Positions 1 to 10,671 of a stretch of 64,000 nucleotides of DNA are shown here, one piece after another. The stretch spans positions 10,172 to 74,171 of the forward strand of contig JAFTOF010000010.1 of NCBI GenBank assembly GCA_017451505.1, written 5' to 3'. Source of the stretch: Clostridia bacterium. GTDB lineage: Bacteria > Bacillota > Clostridia > UMGS1883. Numbering within the stretch: position 1 is the first letter of the stretch; every line of letters begins with the position of its first letter. Under the pieces are notes generated by a model, which saw only the letters and a list, made by a program, of their open reading frames with translations, had not been told where the DNA came from and ran no database searches. The position numbers were made by a program, and so were the translations under genes.

Positions 1-2
1 TT

Positions 3-782
3 GACTATGAAAAGAGAGTTCCCGCACTTGTAGAAGCAGGTGCAGATGTGCTTTGCATTGACTCCTCCGAGGGCTATACAGCATGGCAGGCAAAGACAAT
101 TGCGTTTATCCGTGAAAAATACGGCGATAATGTGAAAGTCGGTGCAGGTAACGTTGTAGACCGTGACGGATTTATGTTCCTTGCAGAAGCGGGTGCAGAC
201 TTTATTAAAGTAGGTATCGGCGGCGGTTCTATCTGTATCACCCGTGAAACAAAGGGTATCGGCCGCGGACAGGCAACGGCTGTTATCGAGGTTGCGGCAG
301 CACGTGACGAATACTTTGAAAAGACAGGCATTTATATTCCCATTTGCTCCGACGGAGGTATCGTACATGACTATCATATGACACTTGCCCTTGCAATGGG
401 TGCAGACTTCCTTATGCTTGGAAGATACTTTGCACGTTTTGACGAAAGCCCCACTCCTAAGCTCAACATTAACGGAACATACGTTAAGGAATATTGGGGA
501 GAGGGAAGTAACCGTGCACGTAACTGGCAGCGTTACGATTTGGGCGGAAAGGCTAAGCTTTCCTTTGAAGAAGGCGTTGACTCCTATGTTGTATATGCAG
601 GCTCGCTCCAGGATAACGTGGCAAAGAGCCTTTATAAGGTTGCATCAACCATGTGTAACTGTGGTGTGCTGACCATTCCCGAACTTCAGAAAAATGCAAA
701 AATCACCCTCGTTTCCGCGACAAGTATTGTTGAGGGCGGTTACCATGACGTTACTCTTAAATCAAGCATTGGAAAGGATTGA
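3..782 (+). CDS. IMP dehydrogenase/GMP reductase family protein, C-terminal part (5' end lies outside the window)
   Basis: The reading frame is open from base 3 ([25 protein letters not shown]...). It carries the IMPDH-type catalytic loop [12 protein letters not shown] and the CSDGGI phosphate-binding motif. The stop codon is at 780-782. Confidence 0.8.
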   Translation, partial: DYEKRVPALVEAGADVLCIDSSEGYTAWQAKTIAFIREKYGDNVKVGAGNVVDRDGFMFLAEAGADFIKVGIGGGSICITRETKGIGRGQATAVIEVAAARDEYFEKTGIYIPICSDGGIVHDYHMTLALAMGADFLMLGRYFARFDESPTPKLNINGTYVKEYWGEGSNRARNWQRYDLGGKAKLSFEEGVDSYVVYAGSLQDNVAKSLYKVASTMCNCGVLTIPELQKNAKITLVSATSIVEGGYHDVTLKSSIGKD

Positions 783-787
783 TTTTA

Positions 788-2458
788 GTGTATAAATCAG
801 ACATTGAAATTGCTCAGTCTGTAGAAATGAAACCCATTACACAGATAGCAAAAACAGCAGGCGTAGATGACAAATATCTTGAACAATACGGAAAGTATAA
901 GGCAAAGATTGACCTTTCAATTTTAGATAACCTTGACCGCAAGGATGGAAAACTCATTCTTGTTACCGCTATTAACCCCACCCCTGCAGGCGAGGGTAAG
1001 ACCACCACCACAATAGGTCTTGCCGACGGGCTTCGTAAAATCGGTAAGAATGTAATGGTTGCCCTTCGTGAGCCGTCACTCGGTCCCGTTTTCGGTGTTA
1101 AAGGCGGTGCGGCAGGCGGCGGCTATGCACAGGTTGTGCCTATGGAGGATATTAACCTTCATTTCACGGGTGACTTCCACGCAATCGGTGCAGCAAATAA
1201 TCTTCTTGCGGCTATGCTCGACAATCACATTTATCAGGGTAATGCTCTTAATATTGACCCCCGCAGAATTGTTTGGAAAAGATGCGTTGATATGAACGAC
1301 CGTCAGCTCCGCTTTGTAACGGACGGTCTTGGCGGCAGGGTAAACGGCGTTCCTCGTGAAGACGGTTATGATATTACCGTTGCCAGTGAAATTATGGCAG
1401 TTTTGTGCCTTGCAAATTCTCTTTCCGACCTTAAAGAAAGGCTTGGAAAAATTATTGTAGGCTATACTTATGATGAAAAACCCGTTACAGCGGCAGACCT
1501 TAAAGCACACGGTGCTATGACGGCACTTCTTAAAGATGCAATAAAGCCCAACCTTGTGCAGACCTTAGAGGGAACTCCCGCATTTGTACACGGCGGCCCC
1601 TTTGCAAATATTGCTCACGGCTGTAACAGCGTAACGGCTACAAAGCTTGCAATGAAGCTTGGCGATTACGCAATTACGGAAGCAGGCTTCGGTGCTGACC
1701 TTGGTGCAGAAAAATTCCTTGACATTAAGTGCCGTGCGGCAGGACTTAAGCCCTCTGCAGTTGTAATCGTTGCTACTATCCGTGCACTTAAAATGCACGG
1801 CGGTATGGCAAAAACAGAGCTTAACGAAGAAAATACCGAGGCTCTTTTAAAGGGTATCCCCAATCTTCTTCGTCACGTTTCAAACATCAAAAACGTGTAC
1901 AAGCTTCCCTCTGTAGTAGCTATCAATAAGTTCCCCACAGATACCGATAAGGAAGTACAGGTAATTATAGACGAATGTAAGAAACTCGGCGTAAATGTTG
2001 TCCTTTCCGATGTATGGGCAAAGGGCGGTGAAGGCGGAATCGAGCTTGCAGAAGAGGTTGTACGCCTTTGTGAAGAAAAGAACGACTTTAGCTTCAGCTA
2101 TGAGGACGACCTTTCTATTGAAGAAAAGATTGAAGCAATCGTTAAGCGTATTTACGGCGGTGACGGCGTAATCTTTGATAAGAACGCACAAAAGCAGCTC
2201 AAGACTCTTACCGAGCTTGGCTTTAATAAGTTACCCGTATGTATGGCAAAGACGCAGTACAGCTTCTCCGACGATATGACAAAGCTCGGTGCACCCGAGG
2301 GCTTTACCGTTACAGTTCGTAACGTAAAGGTAAGTGCAGGTGCAGGCTTTATCGTAGCACTCACCGGTGAAATTATGACAATGCCCGGACTTCCCAAAGT
2401 TCCCGCAGCAGAAAAAATTGACGTGGACGAAAAGGGCAAGATTACAGGATTGTTCTAA
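788..2458 (+). CDS. fhs: formate--tetrahydrofolate ligase
   Basis: Typical Fhs N-terminus (YKSDIEIAQ) and P-loop region [14 protein letters not shown], length ~556 aa. I prefer the GTG at 788 because GGAAAGGA lies 9 nt upstream; the ORF track starts at the TTG at 779. Confidence 0.95.
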   Translation: MYKSDIEIAQSVEMKPITQIAKTAGVDDKYLEQYGKYKAKIDLSILDNLDRKDGKLILVTAINPTPAGEGKTTTTIGLADGLRKIGKNVMVALREPSLGPVFGVKGGAAGGGYAQVVPMEDINLHFTGDFHAIGAANNLLAAMLDNHIYQGNALNIDPRRIVWKRCVDMNDRQLRFVTDGLGGRVNGVPREDGYDITVASEIMAVLCLANSLSDLKERLGKIIVGYTYDEKPVTAADLKAHGAMTALLKDAIKPNLVQTLEGTPAFVHGGPFANIAHGCNSVTATKLAMKLGDYAITEAGFGADLGAEKFLDIKCRAAGLKPSAVVIVATIRALKMHGGMAKTELNEENTEALLKGIPNLLRHVSNIKNVYKLPSVVAINKFPTDTDKEVQVIIDECKKLGVNVVLSDVWAKGGEGGIELAEEVVRLCEEKNDFSFSYEDDLSIEEKIEAIVKRIYGGDGVIFDKNAQKQLKTLTELGFNKLPVCMAKTQYSFSDDMTKLGAPEGFTVTVRNVKVSAGAGFIVALTGEIMTMPGLPKVPAAEKIDVDEKGKITGLF

Positions 2459-2471
2459 AACTTAATAGTAT

Positions 2472-2514
2472 AAAAACAAGGTGTGAAAAGTTTGACTTTT
2501 CACACCTTGTTTTT
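2472..2514. terminator. bidirectional intrinsic terminator between fhs and the thi-operon S component
   Basis: Perfect 16-bp stem (2476-2491 with 2495-2510) and a 3-nt loop, flanked by A5 on the left and T5 on the right. Confidence 0.75.
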
Positions 2515-2517
2515 ATA

Positions 2518-3012
2518 TTAGAGCTTACTTTTTTCAAATATTCTTACGAGTAATATTCCGAGGATTAGCCCTGCCACACCCTGCATAGCGTTTGCGGGAA
2601 TGTTCACCGCCGACGGAATAAAACCATACATAAATCCTTCAAAAAGGAAATAACCTATGACCATCAGGATTTCCGCAAGCGTTCCGCTTACAATTTTTGA
2701 AATCGTGTTTTTTCCCTTTTTTGACATCAGCTTAAAAACAAAATATGCCGTAACTGCCATCAATCCTTTTATTACAAAGGTTGCAGGAGCGTATATTATG
2801 TAGCCCGAAAAAATATCCGCCAAGGCACTGCCTATCCCCGCCGTAAGAAATCCGTAAACAGGAGAGAGCACCCATCCCGAAAGAAGCACCACGCAGTCAC
2901 CAAGGTTAAGATAACCCTTTAGCGGCGACGGAATTTTAATCAGCATTGTTGCAACACATACAAGCGAAGCAAGCAGTGCCGACAGTACGATTTTCTGAGT
3001 CTTGTTTTGCAT
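2518..3012 (-). CDS. ECF transporter S component; thiamine-moiety (HMP/thiazole/thiamine) specificity is inferred from context
   Basis: 164-aa polytopic membrane protein with an ECF S-component-like pattern (NLGDCVVLLSGWVLSPVYG...ALADIFSG). It is the last gene of the TPP-riboswitch-controlled thi operon. Substrate is inferred from operon position only. Confidence 0.65.
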   Translation of the reverse strand: MQNKTQKIVLSALLASLVCVATMLIKIPSPLKGYLNLGDCVVLLSGWVLSPVYGFLTAGIGSALADIFSGYIIYAPATFVIKGLMAVTAYFVFKLMSKKGKNTISKIVSGTLAEILMVIGYFLFEGFMYGFIPSAVNIPANAMQGVAGLILGILLVRIFEKSKL

Positions 3013-3088
3013 AATAATTTCCCCTTATGTATTGATGTTTCTATTATATCACCTTGTCTGTGATTTTTCAACCTGTTTTTTGCCTGAT

Positions 3089-4393
3089 TTATAAAATATC
3101 AATATACTCACCGCTCAGGGCTTTGTTCATACTCCTCACGGCACAGAATTTTCCGCACATGGAACAGCTTTCCTCTATTTCGGGCTTTCTGTTATCACGG
3201 ATTTTCTTTGCTGTTTCGGGGTCAATAGAGCATTCCCATTGCTTCTCCCAGTCGAAAGTTCTTCTGGCATCTGCCATTTTATCGTCAATATCCCGTGCAT
3301 AAGGAATATGCTTTGCAATGTCTGCGGCATGTGCCGCTATTTTAGAGGCAATAATTCCCTGTTTTACATCATCTATATTGGGAAGGGCAAGGTGCTCTGC
3401 CGGTGTAACGTAGCACAAGAATGCCGCACCCGATGCTGCGGCAACTGCACCGCCGATTGCGGAAGTAATATGGTCATATCCCGGTGCAATATCAGTTACA
3501 ATAGGTCCTAATACATAAAAAGGTGCACCCATACAAATTGTCTGCTGAAGCTTCATATTTGCTTCAATTTGGTCAAGAGGCATATGTCCGGGCCCTTCTA
3601 CCATCACCTGAACATCCTTTTCCCATGCCCTTTTTGTCAGTTCGCCAAGTCTTACCAGTTCTTCTATCTGGCATACATCGCTTGAATCCGCGAGGCATCC
3701 CGGACGGCATGCATCCCCCAAGGAAACGGTAACATCGTACTCACGGCATATATCAAGTATTTCATCATAATACTCATAGAAGGGGTTTTCCTTTCCGGTC
3801 ATGCTCATCCATGCGAAAACTAATGAACCTCCTCTGGAAACAATGTTCATTTTTCTTTTATGTTTTTTTATTTGCTCAAGAGTCTTTCTCGTAATGCCGC
3901 AATGGAGCGTCACGAAATCAACACCATCTTGTGCGTGAAGACGTACTACATCAATAAAATCTTTTGCGGTAAGCGTGGAGAGATCCCTCTGATAGTGAAT
4001 AACGCTGTCATATATGGGAACGGTGCCTATCATAGCAGGACATTCAGAGGTGAGCTTTTGCCTGAATGGCTGGGTGTTTCCATGGGAAGATAAATCCATA
4101 ATTGCCTCAGCACCCATATTTACTGCCATCATTACCTTTTCCATTTCCATGTTGTAATCCTTGCAATCTTTTGATATGCCGAGATTTACATTGATTTTAG
4201 TGCGGAGCATTGAACCTACACCATTGGGATCAATGCATTTATGCAGCTTATTGGCACAAATAGCAACCTGCCCTTTTGCGACAAGCTCTCTGATTTCCTC
4301 AGGTGTTTTGTATTCTTTTTTTGCCACAACCTGCATTTCGCGAGTAATAATTCCTTTTTTTGCGGCATTCATTTGTGTCGTGTAATTTCTCAT
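3089..4393 (-). CDS. thiC: phosphomethylpyrimidine synthase
   Basis: 434-aa ThiC-family protein with the C-terminal Fe-S motif CSMCGKFCA. Lies in the thi operon and overlaps the thiD stop by 4 nt. Confidence 0.95.
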   Translation of the reverse strand: MRNYTTQMNAAKKGIITREMQVVAKKEYKTPEEIRELVAKGQVAICANKLHKCIDPNGVGSMLRTKINVNLGISKDCKDYNMEMEKVMMAVNMGAEAIMDLSSHGNTQPFRQKLTSECPAMIGTVPIYDSVIHYQRDLSTLTAKDFIDVVRLHAQDGVDFVTLHCGITRKTLEQIKKHKRKMNIVSRGGSLVFAWMSMTGKENPFYEYYDEILDICREYDVTVSLGDACRPGCLADSSDVCQIEELVRLGELTKRAWEKDVQVMVEGPGHMPLDQIEANMKLQQTICMGAPFYVLGPIVTDIAPGYDHITSAIGGAVAAASGAAFLCYVTPAEHLALPNIDDVKQGIIASKIAAHAADIAKHIPYARDIDDKMADARRTFDWEKQWECSIDPETAKKIRDNRKPEIEESCSMCGKFCAVRSMNKALSGEYIDIL

Positions 4394-5181
4394 ATTGTTC
4401 TTCCTTTCATATATCCATGGGCAAGAGGTCCGCTTCCTTTTCCGAGATTGATATTTATTTTAAGAAGCCTCGTCAAATATTCCTTTGCTTGGCAAACGGA
4501 TTCCTCAAGAGAATAACCCTTTGCAAGATTTGAAGCGATTGCGGATGAAAGCGTACAACCTGTTCCGTGGGTGTTGGGATTGTTTATCCTTTTACCAAAA
4601 ACCCATTTACAGCCTGACTTTGTGTATAAAACGTCATTTGCATCGCAAGGATTATGCCCTCCTTTAAGAAGCACGTTACAACCGTATTTTTCGTAAAGGT
4701 GCTTTGCCACGCTCTGCATATCCTCAGAGGAAGATATGCTCCTTTCCGCTAAGACCTCGGCTTCGGGGATATTGGGTGTAATTATCGTAGCTAAGGGGAA
4801 AAGCTTTTTTGTAAGCACATCAGCGGCACCGCTTTTAAGCAGCTTTGAACCGCTTGTGGCTATCATCACAGGGTCAAGAACAATATTTTTGGCTTTGTAA
4901 AAAGTAAGTCTTTCCGCAATAACCTCTATCAGTGCGGGTGATGAAACCATGCCTATTTTAACTGCATCGGGATAAATATCCGTAAACACTGAATCAAGCT
5001 GCTTTTCTAAAAACCTCGGCGTGACCTCCATTATTGCACTTACTCCCAATGTGTTTTGTGCAGTCAGTGCAGTGATTGCACTCATGGCATAGACACCGTT
5101 TGTAATCATTGTTTTTATATCTGCCTGAATTCCTGCACCTCCGCTGCAGTCACTGCCTGCGATTGCTAATGCTGTTTTCAT
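4390..5181 (-). CDS. thiD: hydroxymethylpyrimidine/phosphomethylpyrimidine kinase
   Basis: Starts [24 protein letters not shown], typical of ThiD. The ATG at 5181 overlaps the thiE stop as ATGA. The longer track ORF (to 5265) would run inside thiE. Confidence 0.9.
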   Translation of the reverse strand: MKTALAIAGSDCSGGAGIQADIKTMITNGVYAMSAITALTAQNTLGVSAIMEVTPRFLEKQLDSVFTDIYPDAVKIGMVSSPALIEVIAERLTFYKAKNIVLDPVMIATSGSKLLKSGAADVLTKKLFPLATIITPNIPEAEVLAERSISSSEDMQSVAKHLYEKYGCNVLLKGGHNPCDANDVLYTKSGCKWVFGKRINNPNTHGTGCTLSSAIASNLAKGYSLEESVCQAKEYLTRLLKININLGKGSGPLAHGYMKGRTI

Positions 5182-5810
5182 TTTCTTAGCTCCTTTGTAA
5201 GCGTTAGTAAAGTTTCTGTTTCCGCTTTCACATTGTCGGCCTTCATAATTGCAGAAACCACGCAAATACCTGCAATCGGAATTTTTTCAAGAACGTTTAT
5301 ATTGCTCTTGTTAAGACCGCCAATGGCGTTTACGGGAATTGGTACAGCTTTACATATTGCATCAAGCGTTTCGGTTGATGTGAGGACTGTCTTAACTTTT
5401 GTCGTAGTTGGGTAAATCGCCCCAACCCCAAGATAGTCTGCACCTTGCTTATAAGCTTCAAGAGCCTGCGAAACAGTTTTAGTTGTTGCTCCAATAATAA
5501 AATCATCACCAAGGATTCTTCTTGCAATATCTATAGGCATATCACTCTGCCCAAGATGAACACCTTCTGCCCCCATAGCAAGAGCAACATCTATGCGGTC
5601 GTCAATAATAAGCGGTACATTATATTTTTTTGTAAGCTTGTGAACCTTTTTTGCAAGTGAGATATACTCTCTTGTGGTTTTATCCTTTTCACGGAGCTGC
5701 AGTAAGCTAACCCCGCCTTTTAATGCTTCTTCGGTTCTTCTTAAAAATTCTTCTTCGCTAAATCCGGTGCTGTCTGTTATAAAATATAGTGTTGTATCGA
5801 AATTTCTCAT
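5178..5810 (-). CDS. thiE: thiamine-phosphate synthase
   Basis: 210-aa TMP-synthase TIM-barrel pattern (LYFITD...LLQLREKD...IIDDRIDVALA...GVHLGQSD). Confidence 0.9.
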   Translation of the reverse strand: MRNFDTTLYFITDSTGFSEEEFLRRTEEALKGGVSLLQLREKDKTTREYISLAKKVHKLTKKYNVPLIIDDRIDVALAMGAEGVHLGQSDMPIDIARRILGDDFIIGATTKTVSQALEAYKQGADYLGVGAIYPTTTKVKTVLTSTETLDAICKAVPIPVNAIGGLNKSNINVLEKIPIAGICVVSAIMKADNVKAETETLLTLTKELRK

Positions 5811-5822
5811 TTTAATTTTCTC

Positions 5823-7076
5823 CTATACATAAAGATAGTCATTTAAAACAGGCTGTAAGCCTTCGTCTGCAATATCTTTATACATCTTGTCAAGACTTCT
5901 GTTATCGTCAATCTCAAACTGTTCGTCGCCTTGTGCTTCACCTGACTCTTTTCCGCTGTATTTACTTTCATGGTCGCCGATTCCGGTAGAAACACCTGCT
6001 GAAACCTTTGTTGCAGCAATTTTTACAATGCCGTTTCTGAACTGTGCACTTTCACGGGAGGATACTGTAATGCCAACAAATGGTAAGAAGATGCGATAAG
6101 CACATATTATCTGACATAGCTGTTTTTCATGAACATCTAAAGGATTGATTTTATCGTTATTGATAATCGGCCTGAGTCTGGGACAGGACAGCGACATTTC
6201 TGCGTGAGGATATTTCCTTTGTAGGTAGTACACATGAAGTGCACTTGCTAAAGCATCCTTTCTGAAATCTGAAAGGCCCAAAAGTGCGGAAAACGCTACA
6301 CCACGCATACCTCCCATAAGTGCCCGCTCCTGTGCATCAAATCGGTAAGGCCATACACGCTTATGACCAAGCAGATGAAGCTGTTCGTACTTTTCTGTAT
6401 TATACGTTTCCTGAAATACAGTTACATAGTCTGCACCGCACTCGTGGAGATATTTATATTCATCGGTATTTACGGGATATATTTCAAGACCTACCATACG
6501 GAAATACTTTCTTGCGAGCTTGCAAGCTTCACCTATATAGTCTATATTGCTTTGAACACGGCTTTCACCTGTTAAAATCAGAATTTCTTCCATACCGCTG
6601 CCCGATATAACTTTCATTTCTTTTTCAATCTGCTCCATAGATAGCTTCATACGGTTAATATGGTTGTAGCAGTTAAAGCCGCAATACACACAGTAATTCT
6701 CGCAGTAATTGGCTATGTAAAGAGGCGTAAAAAGATAAACTGTATTGCCGAAGTGTTTACTTGTTTCATGTCTTGCTCTCTGTGCCATTTGTTCTAAACA
6801 GGCTTCCGCCGCAGGAGAAAGCAGTGCTTTAAAATCTTCTATAGTACAGGTTTCATGCTCTAATGCTGCTTTTACATCTTTTTCAGTATATTTTGAGTAG
6901 TCAAAAGAATTCATCTGCTCCATTACGTTTTTGCAAACATCCGATTCTATTTTCTCCATCCCCGGTAAATATTCCATGTGATTTTTTCGCGTGGAAGGAT
7001 CTGTTTCTATCTGATGCTTTTTTGCAAGTGCTTCGGGTGACAAGTACTCCGAATCTACAAAAAATTGGTTTTCCAT
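5823..7076 (-). CDS. thiH: 2-iminoacetate synthase (radical SAM tyrosine lyase)
   Basis: Radical-SAM motif CENYCVYCGF and ThiH-like LSPAAEACLEQMAQRA...GNTVYLFTPLY. AAGGAGG lies 7 nt upstream of the ATG at 7076. The N-terminal region before the Cys motif appears longer than in the E. coli enzyme; that comparison is from memory. Confidence 0.85.
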   Translation of the reverse strand: MENQFFVDSEYLSPEALAKKHQIETDPSTRKNHMEYLPGMEKIESDVCKNVMEQMNSFDYSKYTEKDVKAALEHETCTIEDFKALLSPAAEACLEQMAQRARHETSKHFGNTVYLFTPLYIANYCENYCVYCGFNCYNHINRMKLSMEQIEKEMKVISGSGMEEILILTGESRVQSNIDYIGEACKLARKYFRMVGLEIYPVNTDEYKYLHECGADYVTVFQETYNTEKYEQLHLLGHKRVWPYRFDAQERALMGGMRGVAFSALLGLSDFRKDALASALHVYYLQRKYPHAEMSLSCPRLRPIINNDKINPLDVHEKQLCQIICAYRIFLPFVGITVSSRESAQFRNGIVKIAATKVSAGVSTGIGDHESKYSGKESGEAQGDEQFEIDDNRSLDKMYKDIADEGLQPVLNDYLYV

Positions 7077-7088
7077 TATAAAGCCTCC

Positions 7089-7859
7089 TTAATCACGCAA
7101 AAATCCCGTAAGCGGATCAGAGGCGGATGCTCCGCGAGTAAGAACCCTTCCAAGACCTGAAAGGTATGCTTTTCTTCCTGCTTCAATAGCCTGACGGAAT
7201 GCGGATGCCATAAGAGGAAGATTACCTGCAGTTGCTAATGCTGTGTTTGCCATAATAGCCGCCGCACCCATTTCCATTGCTTCACATGCCTGTGATGGCT
7301 TACCAATACCTGCATCAACAATAATCGGTAAATCAATTTCATCAATAAGAATCTGAATAAAATCCTTAGTAGCAAGTCCCTTATTTGAGCCTATAGGCGA
7401 TGCAAGAGGCATTATGGTAGCTGCACCTGCATTTACTAAATCACGGGCTGCACTTAGGTCAGGGTACATATACGGCATTACAACAAATCCGTCATTTGCA
7501 AGAATCTGTGTTGCTTTGATGGTTTCCTGATTATCCGGGAGAAGATACTTTGAATCACGCATAATTTCAATCTTAACAAAATTACCACATCCAAGCTCAC
7601 GGGCAAGTCGGGCAATTCTTACCGCTTCCTGTGCATTTCTTGCTCCGCTTGTGTTAGGGAGTAAGGTAATTCCTTTTGGAATAAAATCTAAAATATTTTC
7701 TTGCTCTCTTGTGTTTGCACGACGCACAGCAAGAGTTATGATCTCCGCCCCTGCATCCTTTAGTGCAGCTTCAATTAAATTAAGAGAGTATTTTCCCGAA
7801 CCTAATATAAATCGGGAATTAAATTCGTGACCGCCGATAACAAGTTTATCACTGCTCAT
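7089..7859 (-). CDS. thiG: thiazole synthase
   Basis: ThiG pattern ([10 protein letters not shown]...[15 protein letters not shown]...). The ATG at 7859 has better SD spacing (GAAGGAA, 7 nt) than the upstream in-frame ATGs at 7865 and 7892. Confidence 0.9.
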   Translation of the reverse strand: MSSDKLVIGGHEFNSRFILGSGKYSLNLIEAALKDAGAEIITLAVRRANTREQENILDFIPKGITLLPNTSGARNAQEAVRIARLARELGCGNFVKIEIMRDSKYLLPDNQETIKATQILANDGFVVMPYMYPDLSAARDLVNAGAATIMPLASPIGSNKGLATKDFIQILIDEIDLPIIVDAGIGKPSQACEAMEMGAAAIMANTALATAGNLPLMASAFRQAIEAGRKAYLSGLGRVLTRGASASDPLTGFLRD

Positions 7860-7875
7860 TTGCATTTCCTTCTTT

Positions 7876-8511
7876 CTATACTTCAAATTCATTGGCTATA
7901 ATTCTTAAAACTGTATGTGCCTGATGTGCAGCACAAAGCATCACTCTTGATGAAACAAGTCCGATTCCATCATTTACATCGCTTACTTCATCTCCGCAAA
8001 GATAAAATCGTTTTGAAATTTTTCGTGTATGTATTGCATTGGCACTGCCAAGTCCTGCCATGCCTGATGCGGCAACAATATATTTATCCTGCATTTTATC
8101 TAAAACGAAATTTGTCAGCATAGCTTTACATTCTGCGTTGTCAAATGCTTCACAGATAATATCGGCACCTGAAAGAATATTCTTTGCATTGTTTTCATCA
8201 AGTCGAATTGTATATATATCGGTTTCAAGATAAGGATTTATTTCTTTTAGGTTCTCCTGCAAAGCTTCTGTTTTGCTCATCCCGATTTGATTTGCCTTGT
8301 ACTGCTGACGGTGAAGATTTGTTATATCCACTGTGTCAAAATCTATCAGTATGAGTTTTCCTATACCTGCACGGGCAAGTGCGATGGCAATGTCAGAGCC
8401 AAGACCACCGAGACCGCATACGGCAACAGTTGTAGATGAGATTTTCTCCTGAAACATAGTTCCGTGTCTGTCATTTAGAGCCTTCATCCATTCTTTTTTA
8501 GTTGGAATCAT
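7876..8511 (-). CDS. thiF: sulfur-carrier protein ThiS adenylyltransferase (E1-like ThiF/MoeB family)
   Basis: Rossmann motif [11 protein letters not shown] and ThiF/MoeB-like body. The ATG at 8511 lies 8 nt downstream of a GGAGG inside the thiS 3' end. The track ORF starts at the TTG at 8529. Confidence 0.8.
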   Translation of the reverse strand: MIPTKKEWMKALNDRHGTMFQEKISSTTVAVCGLGGLGSDIAIALARAGIGKLILIDFDTVDITNLHRQQYKANQIGMSKTEALQENLKEINPYLETDIYTIRLDENNAKNILSGADIICEAFDNAECKAMLTNFVLDKMQDKYIVAASGMAGLGSANAIHTRKISKRFYLCGDEVSDVNDGIGLVSSRVMLCAAHQAHTVLRIIANEFEV

Positions 8512-8512
8512 A

Positions 8513-8707
8513 TCAGCCACCTCCCACAAAGCTTACAATCTCAACGCTGTCTCCATTTTTAAAAATTGTATCTTCATATTGTGCTTTGGGAACTATACCG
8601 CCGTTAAGTTCAACTGCAACACGCATTAAGTCGTAACCTGCAGAATTAAGATATTCTGCAACGGATTTACCGCCCACATTCAAATCTTCTCCGTTAATTT
8701 TTACCAT
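8513..8707 (-). CDS. thiS: sulfur carrier protein ThiS
   Basis: 64-aa ubiquitin-like protein ending in GG (SFVGGG). It is the first gene after the TPP riboswitch. Confidence 0.85.
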   Translation of the reverse strand: MVKINGEDLNVGGKSVAEYLNSAGYDLMRVAVELNGGIVPKAQYEDTIFKNGDSVEIVSFVGGG

Positions 8708-8756
8708 TCAAACCACCTCCAAAATCAAGTAGGGTATAATTATATCCGTCATACAT

Positions 8757-8790
8757 AAAAAACGGATAGTCCCTGATATGGACTATCCGT
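8757..8790 (-). terminator. riboswitch expression-platform terminator (attenuator) of the thi operon
   Basis: On the minus strand, an 11-bp stem (8790-8780 with 8772-8762) is followed by a T5 run (8761-8757). It lies between the TPP aptamer and the thiS start. Confidence 0.75.
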
Positions 8791-8807
8791 TAAAAGCAAA
8801 CTATGAC

Positions 8808-8907
8808 TTCCTACGGCGGCATTATCCGCATCAGGTTAACCAACAGTGTTGGTTGTAAGGGTCGAAGTTTGATTACTTCCTCTCAGCCTGCTTCACAAGC
8901 TCCCCTG
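8808..8907 (-). promoter_or_regulatory. TPP (THI-box) riboswitch aptamer
   Basis: The minus strand reads CAGGGGAGC..GCTGAGAGG..ACCCTT..AACCTGATGCGGATAATGCCGCCGTAGGAA. This contains the conserved CTGAGA, ACCCTT and CCTGAT..GGATAATGCC..GTAGGAA blocks of the TPP riboswitch. Confidence 0.9.
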
Positions 8908-8933
8908 TATAATTTATTATTCGATTGTTTTTG

Positions 8934-8962
8934 ATTTTACATCAATTTTTATTTATTGTCAA
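8934..8962 (-). promoter_or_regulatory. sigma-A type promoter of the thi operon
   Basis: The minus strand reads TTGACA (8962-8957), a 17-nt spacer, then TAAAAT (8939-8934), about 25 nt upstream of the riboswitch. Confidence 0.55.
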
Positions 8963-8997
8963 GAAAAATTTCTATAAAAGCATTTTCGGTAATAATC

Positions 8998-9903
8998 TTA
9001 ACCCCCGATGCCAAAAAAACCCAACACCAACGGAATTGTCACGCATGCCAGAATATTTGAAAGAAGTGCCAGTCCTGCACCGATGCGGCAATCCTCACCC
9101 ACAAGGCGTGGAAAGACAATAGTGTTAAGACCACAGGGCATGGCAAAAAGGATTACAGCAGTTTCCATTGCCGTTTTATTAAATGGCAACAGTGCATATC
9201 CGATTATTATGGGGATTATAATGAGCCTTAACGCAGTAATAATGTATATTCTTTTCATGGAAAGAAGCTCTCTGAAATTAAATTCGGAAACCACCATTCC
9301 TGCCAAAAGCATACTCACAGGACCCATACAGGCACTTGCCTTTCCGAAAATATCGGAGAGAACAGAGGGTATTTTTATTCCGAAAAAACCGAAAATCGCT
9401 CCGAGCAACATTGAAATCATAACGGGATTAAAAAGCTTCTTGAATGTAATTTTCATTTTAGACAGGTTACAATATCCTACAGTATATGTATAAAAAGAAA
9501 TGGGGAATCCGAAAACCATAGCGTTAAGAAGTCCGCTTGCTCCACCGATTGCTTCTGCCATGGGATAGCCCATATATCCGTAATTGGGAATAATCAGCGA
9601 GTATTCACATATACCCTGTTCATACCGCCTTTTATCAAAAAGCTTTGCTACAAAATGCAGTATAATTGTAAGACAAATTATAACTGCCGAGGAAGCAATT
9701 AAAAGCTGATAATTATTTAAAACATATTCCTTGGTGAAATTAGCGGAAAATGTTTTAAACACATTAAAGGGCAGAATTACATTTACCAAAAGGGAAGAAA
9801 GAATGGGTGTATGCTCCGTTTTGATTTTTTTGCTTTTTGCCAGATAAAATCCTATTGCCGCAAAAGAAAAGAGAACAAGCACCTGTTTTAATACTAAAAT
9901 CAT
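8998..9903 (-). CDS. AEC (auxin efflux carrier) family transporter
   Basis: 301-aa polytopic membrane protein with AEC-like N- and C-terminal halves. The assignment comes from overall sequence pattern only. Confidence 0.7.
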   Translation of the reverse strand: MILVLKQVLVLFSFAAIGFYLAKSKKIKTEHTPILSSLLVNVILPFNVFKTFSANFTKEYVLNNYQLLIASSAVIICLTIILHFVAKLFDKRRYEQGICEYSLIIPNYGYMGYPMAEAIGGASGLLNAMVFGFPISFYTYTVGYCNLSKMKITFKKLFNPVMISMLLGAIFGFFGIKIPSVLSDIFGKASACMGPVSMLLAGMVVSEFNFRELLSMKRIYIITALRLIIIPIIIGYALLPFNKTAMETAVILFAMPCGLNTIVFPRLVGEDCRIGAGLALLSNILACVTIPLVLGFFGIGG

Positions 9904-10065
9904 TTGTAGTCACCTCATCGACTATCTATTATAATACAAAAAGACCACTTAGTAAACAAAAATATCTGCAAGAACTAAAAAAAACTTTACAAACAGTAAC
10001 AAATGTAGTATTATAATGGCGTAATTGTATCCCCAACGGGGAATAATAACAAGGAGGAATTTAAT

Positions 10066-10671
10066 ATGGTAAACAGAAGAAAAATGTCAACGAGTACCAT
10101 GGTTACAGGTGCATTGTTGACGGCATTGGTGGTTTTGCTTCAGTTCGTAAGCATGGCAATCAGAACAGGTACATTTTCAATCACCCTGTCGCTGGTTCCA
10201 ATTGTAATTGGTGCGGTGCTTTGCGGAAAAGGTATGGGAGCATGGCTCGGATTTGTATTTGGAGTAACAGTTCTTGCAACAGGCGATGCAGCACCTTTTA
10301 TGGTGGTAAACGCTTTAGGAACAATCCTCACGGTGCTTCTTAAGGGTACGGCGTGTGGCTTTGTTTCAGGATTAGTGTACGAACTTATTGCCAAAGCTTT
10401 TAGCAAAAAGCAAAAGAACGTTTCTTATGCAGCGGCTGTTTTATCTGCATTAATATGCCCTGTGACAAATACAGGCGTGTTCCTTTTGGGATGTCTGGCG
10501 TTCTTTATGGATACACTGGCAGTATGGGGAGAAGGCTTAGGCTTCGGAAACAATGTCGGTAAATACATGATTTTTGGACTGGTAGGTACAAATTTTCTTA
10601 TTGAAATGGCTGTTATTATAGTGTTTGCACCTGCGATTGTCCGCATTATTAAGGTGGCTTCTAAAAAATGA
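10066..10671 (+). CDS. ECF transporter S component, probably pantothenate-specific (PanT-like)
   Basis: 201-aa membrane protein with about six predicted TM segments. Its stop overlaps the coaX start as ATGA. Specificity is inferred from that coupling to pantothenate kinase. Confidence 0.6.
   Translation: MVNRRKMSTSTMVTGALLTALVVLLQFVSMAIRTGTFSITLSLVPIVIGAVLCGKGMGAWLGFVFGVTVLATGDAAPFMVVNALGTILTVLLKGTACGFVSGLVYELIAKAFSKKQKNVSYAAAVLSALICPVTNTGVFLLGCLAFFMDTLAVWGEGLGFGNNVGKYMIFGLVGTNFLIEMAVIIVFAPAIVRIIKVASKK

Noticed and set aside
5182-5265. N-terminal extension of thiD in the ORF track
   Set aside because: The extension lies inside thiE. The ATG at 5181 gives the canonical ThiD N-terminus and an ATGA overlap with the thiE stop.
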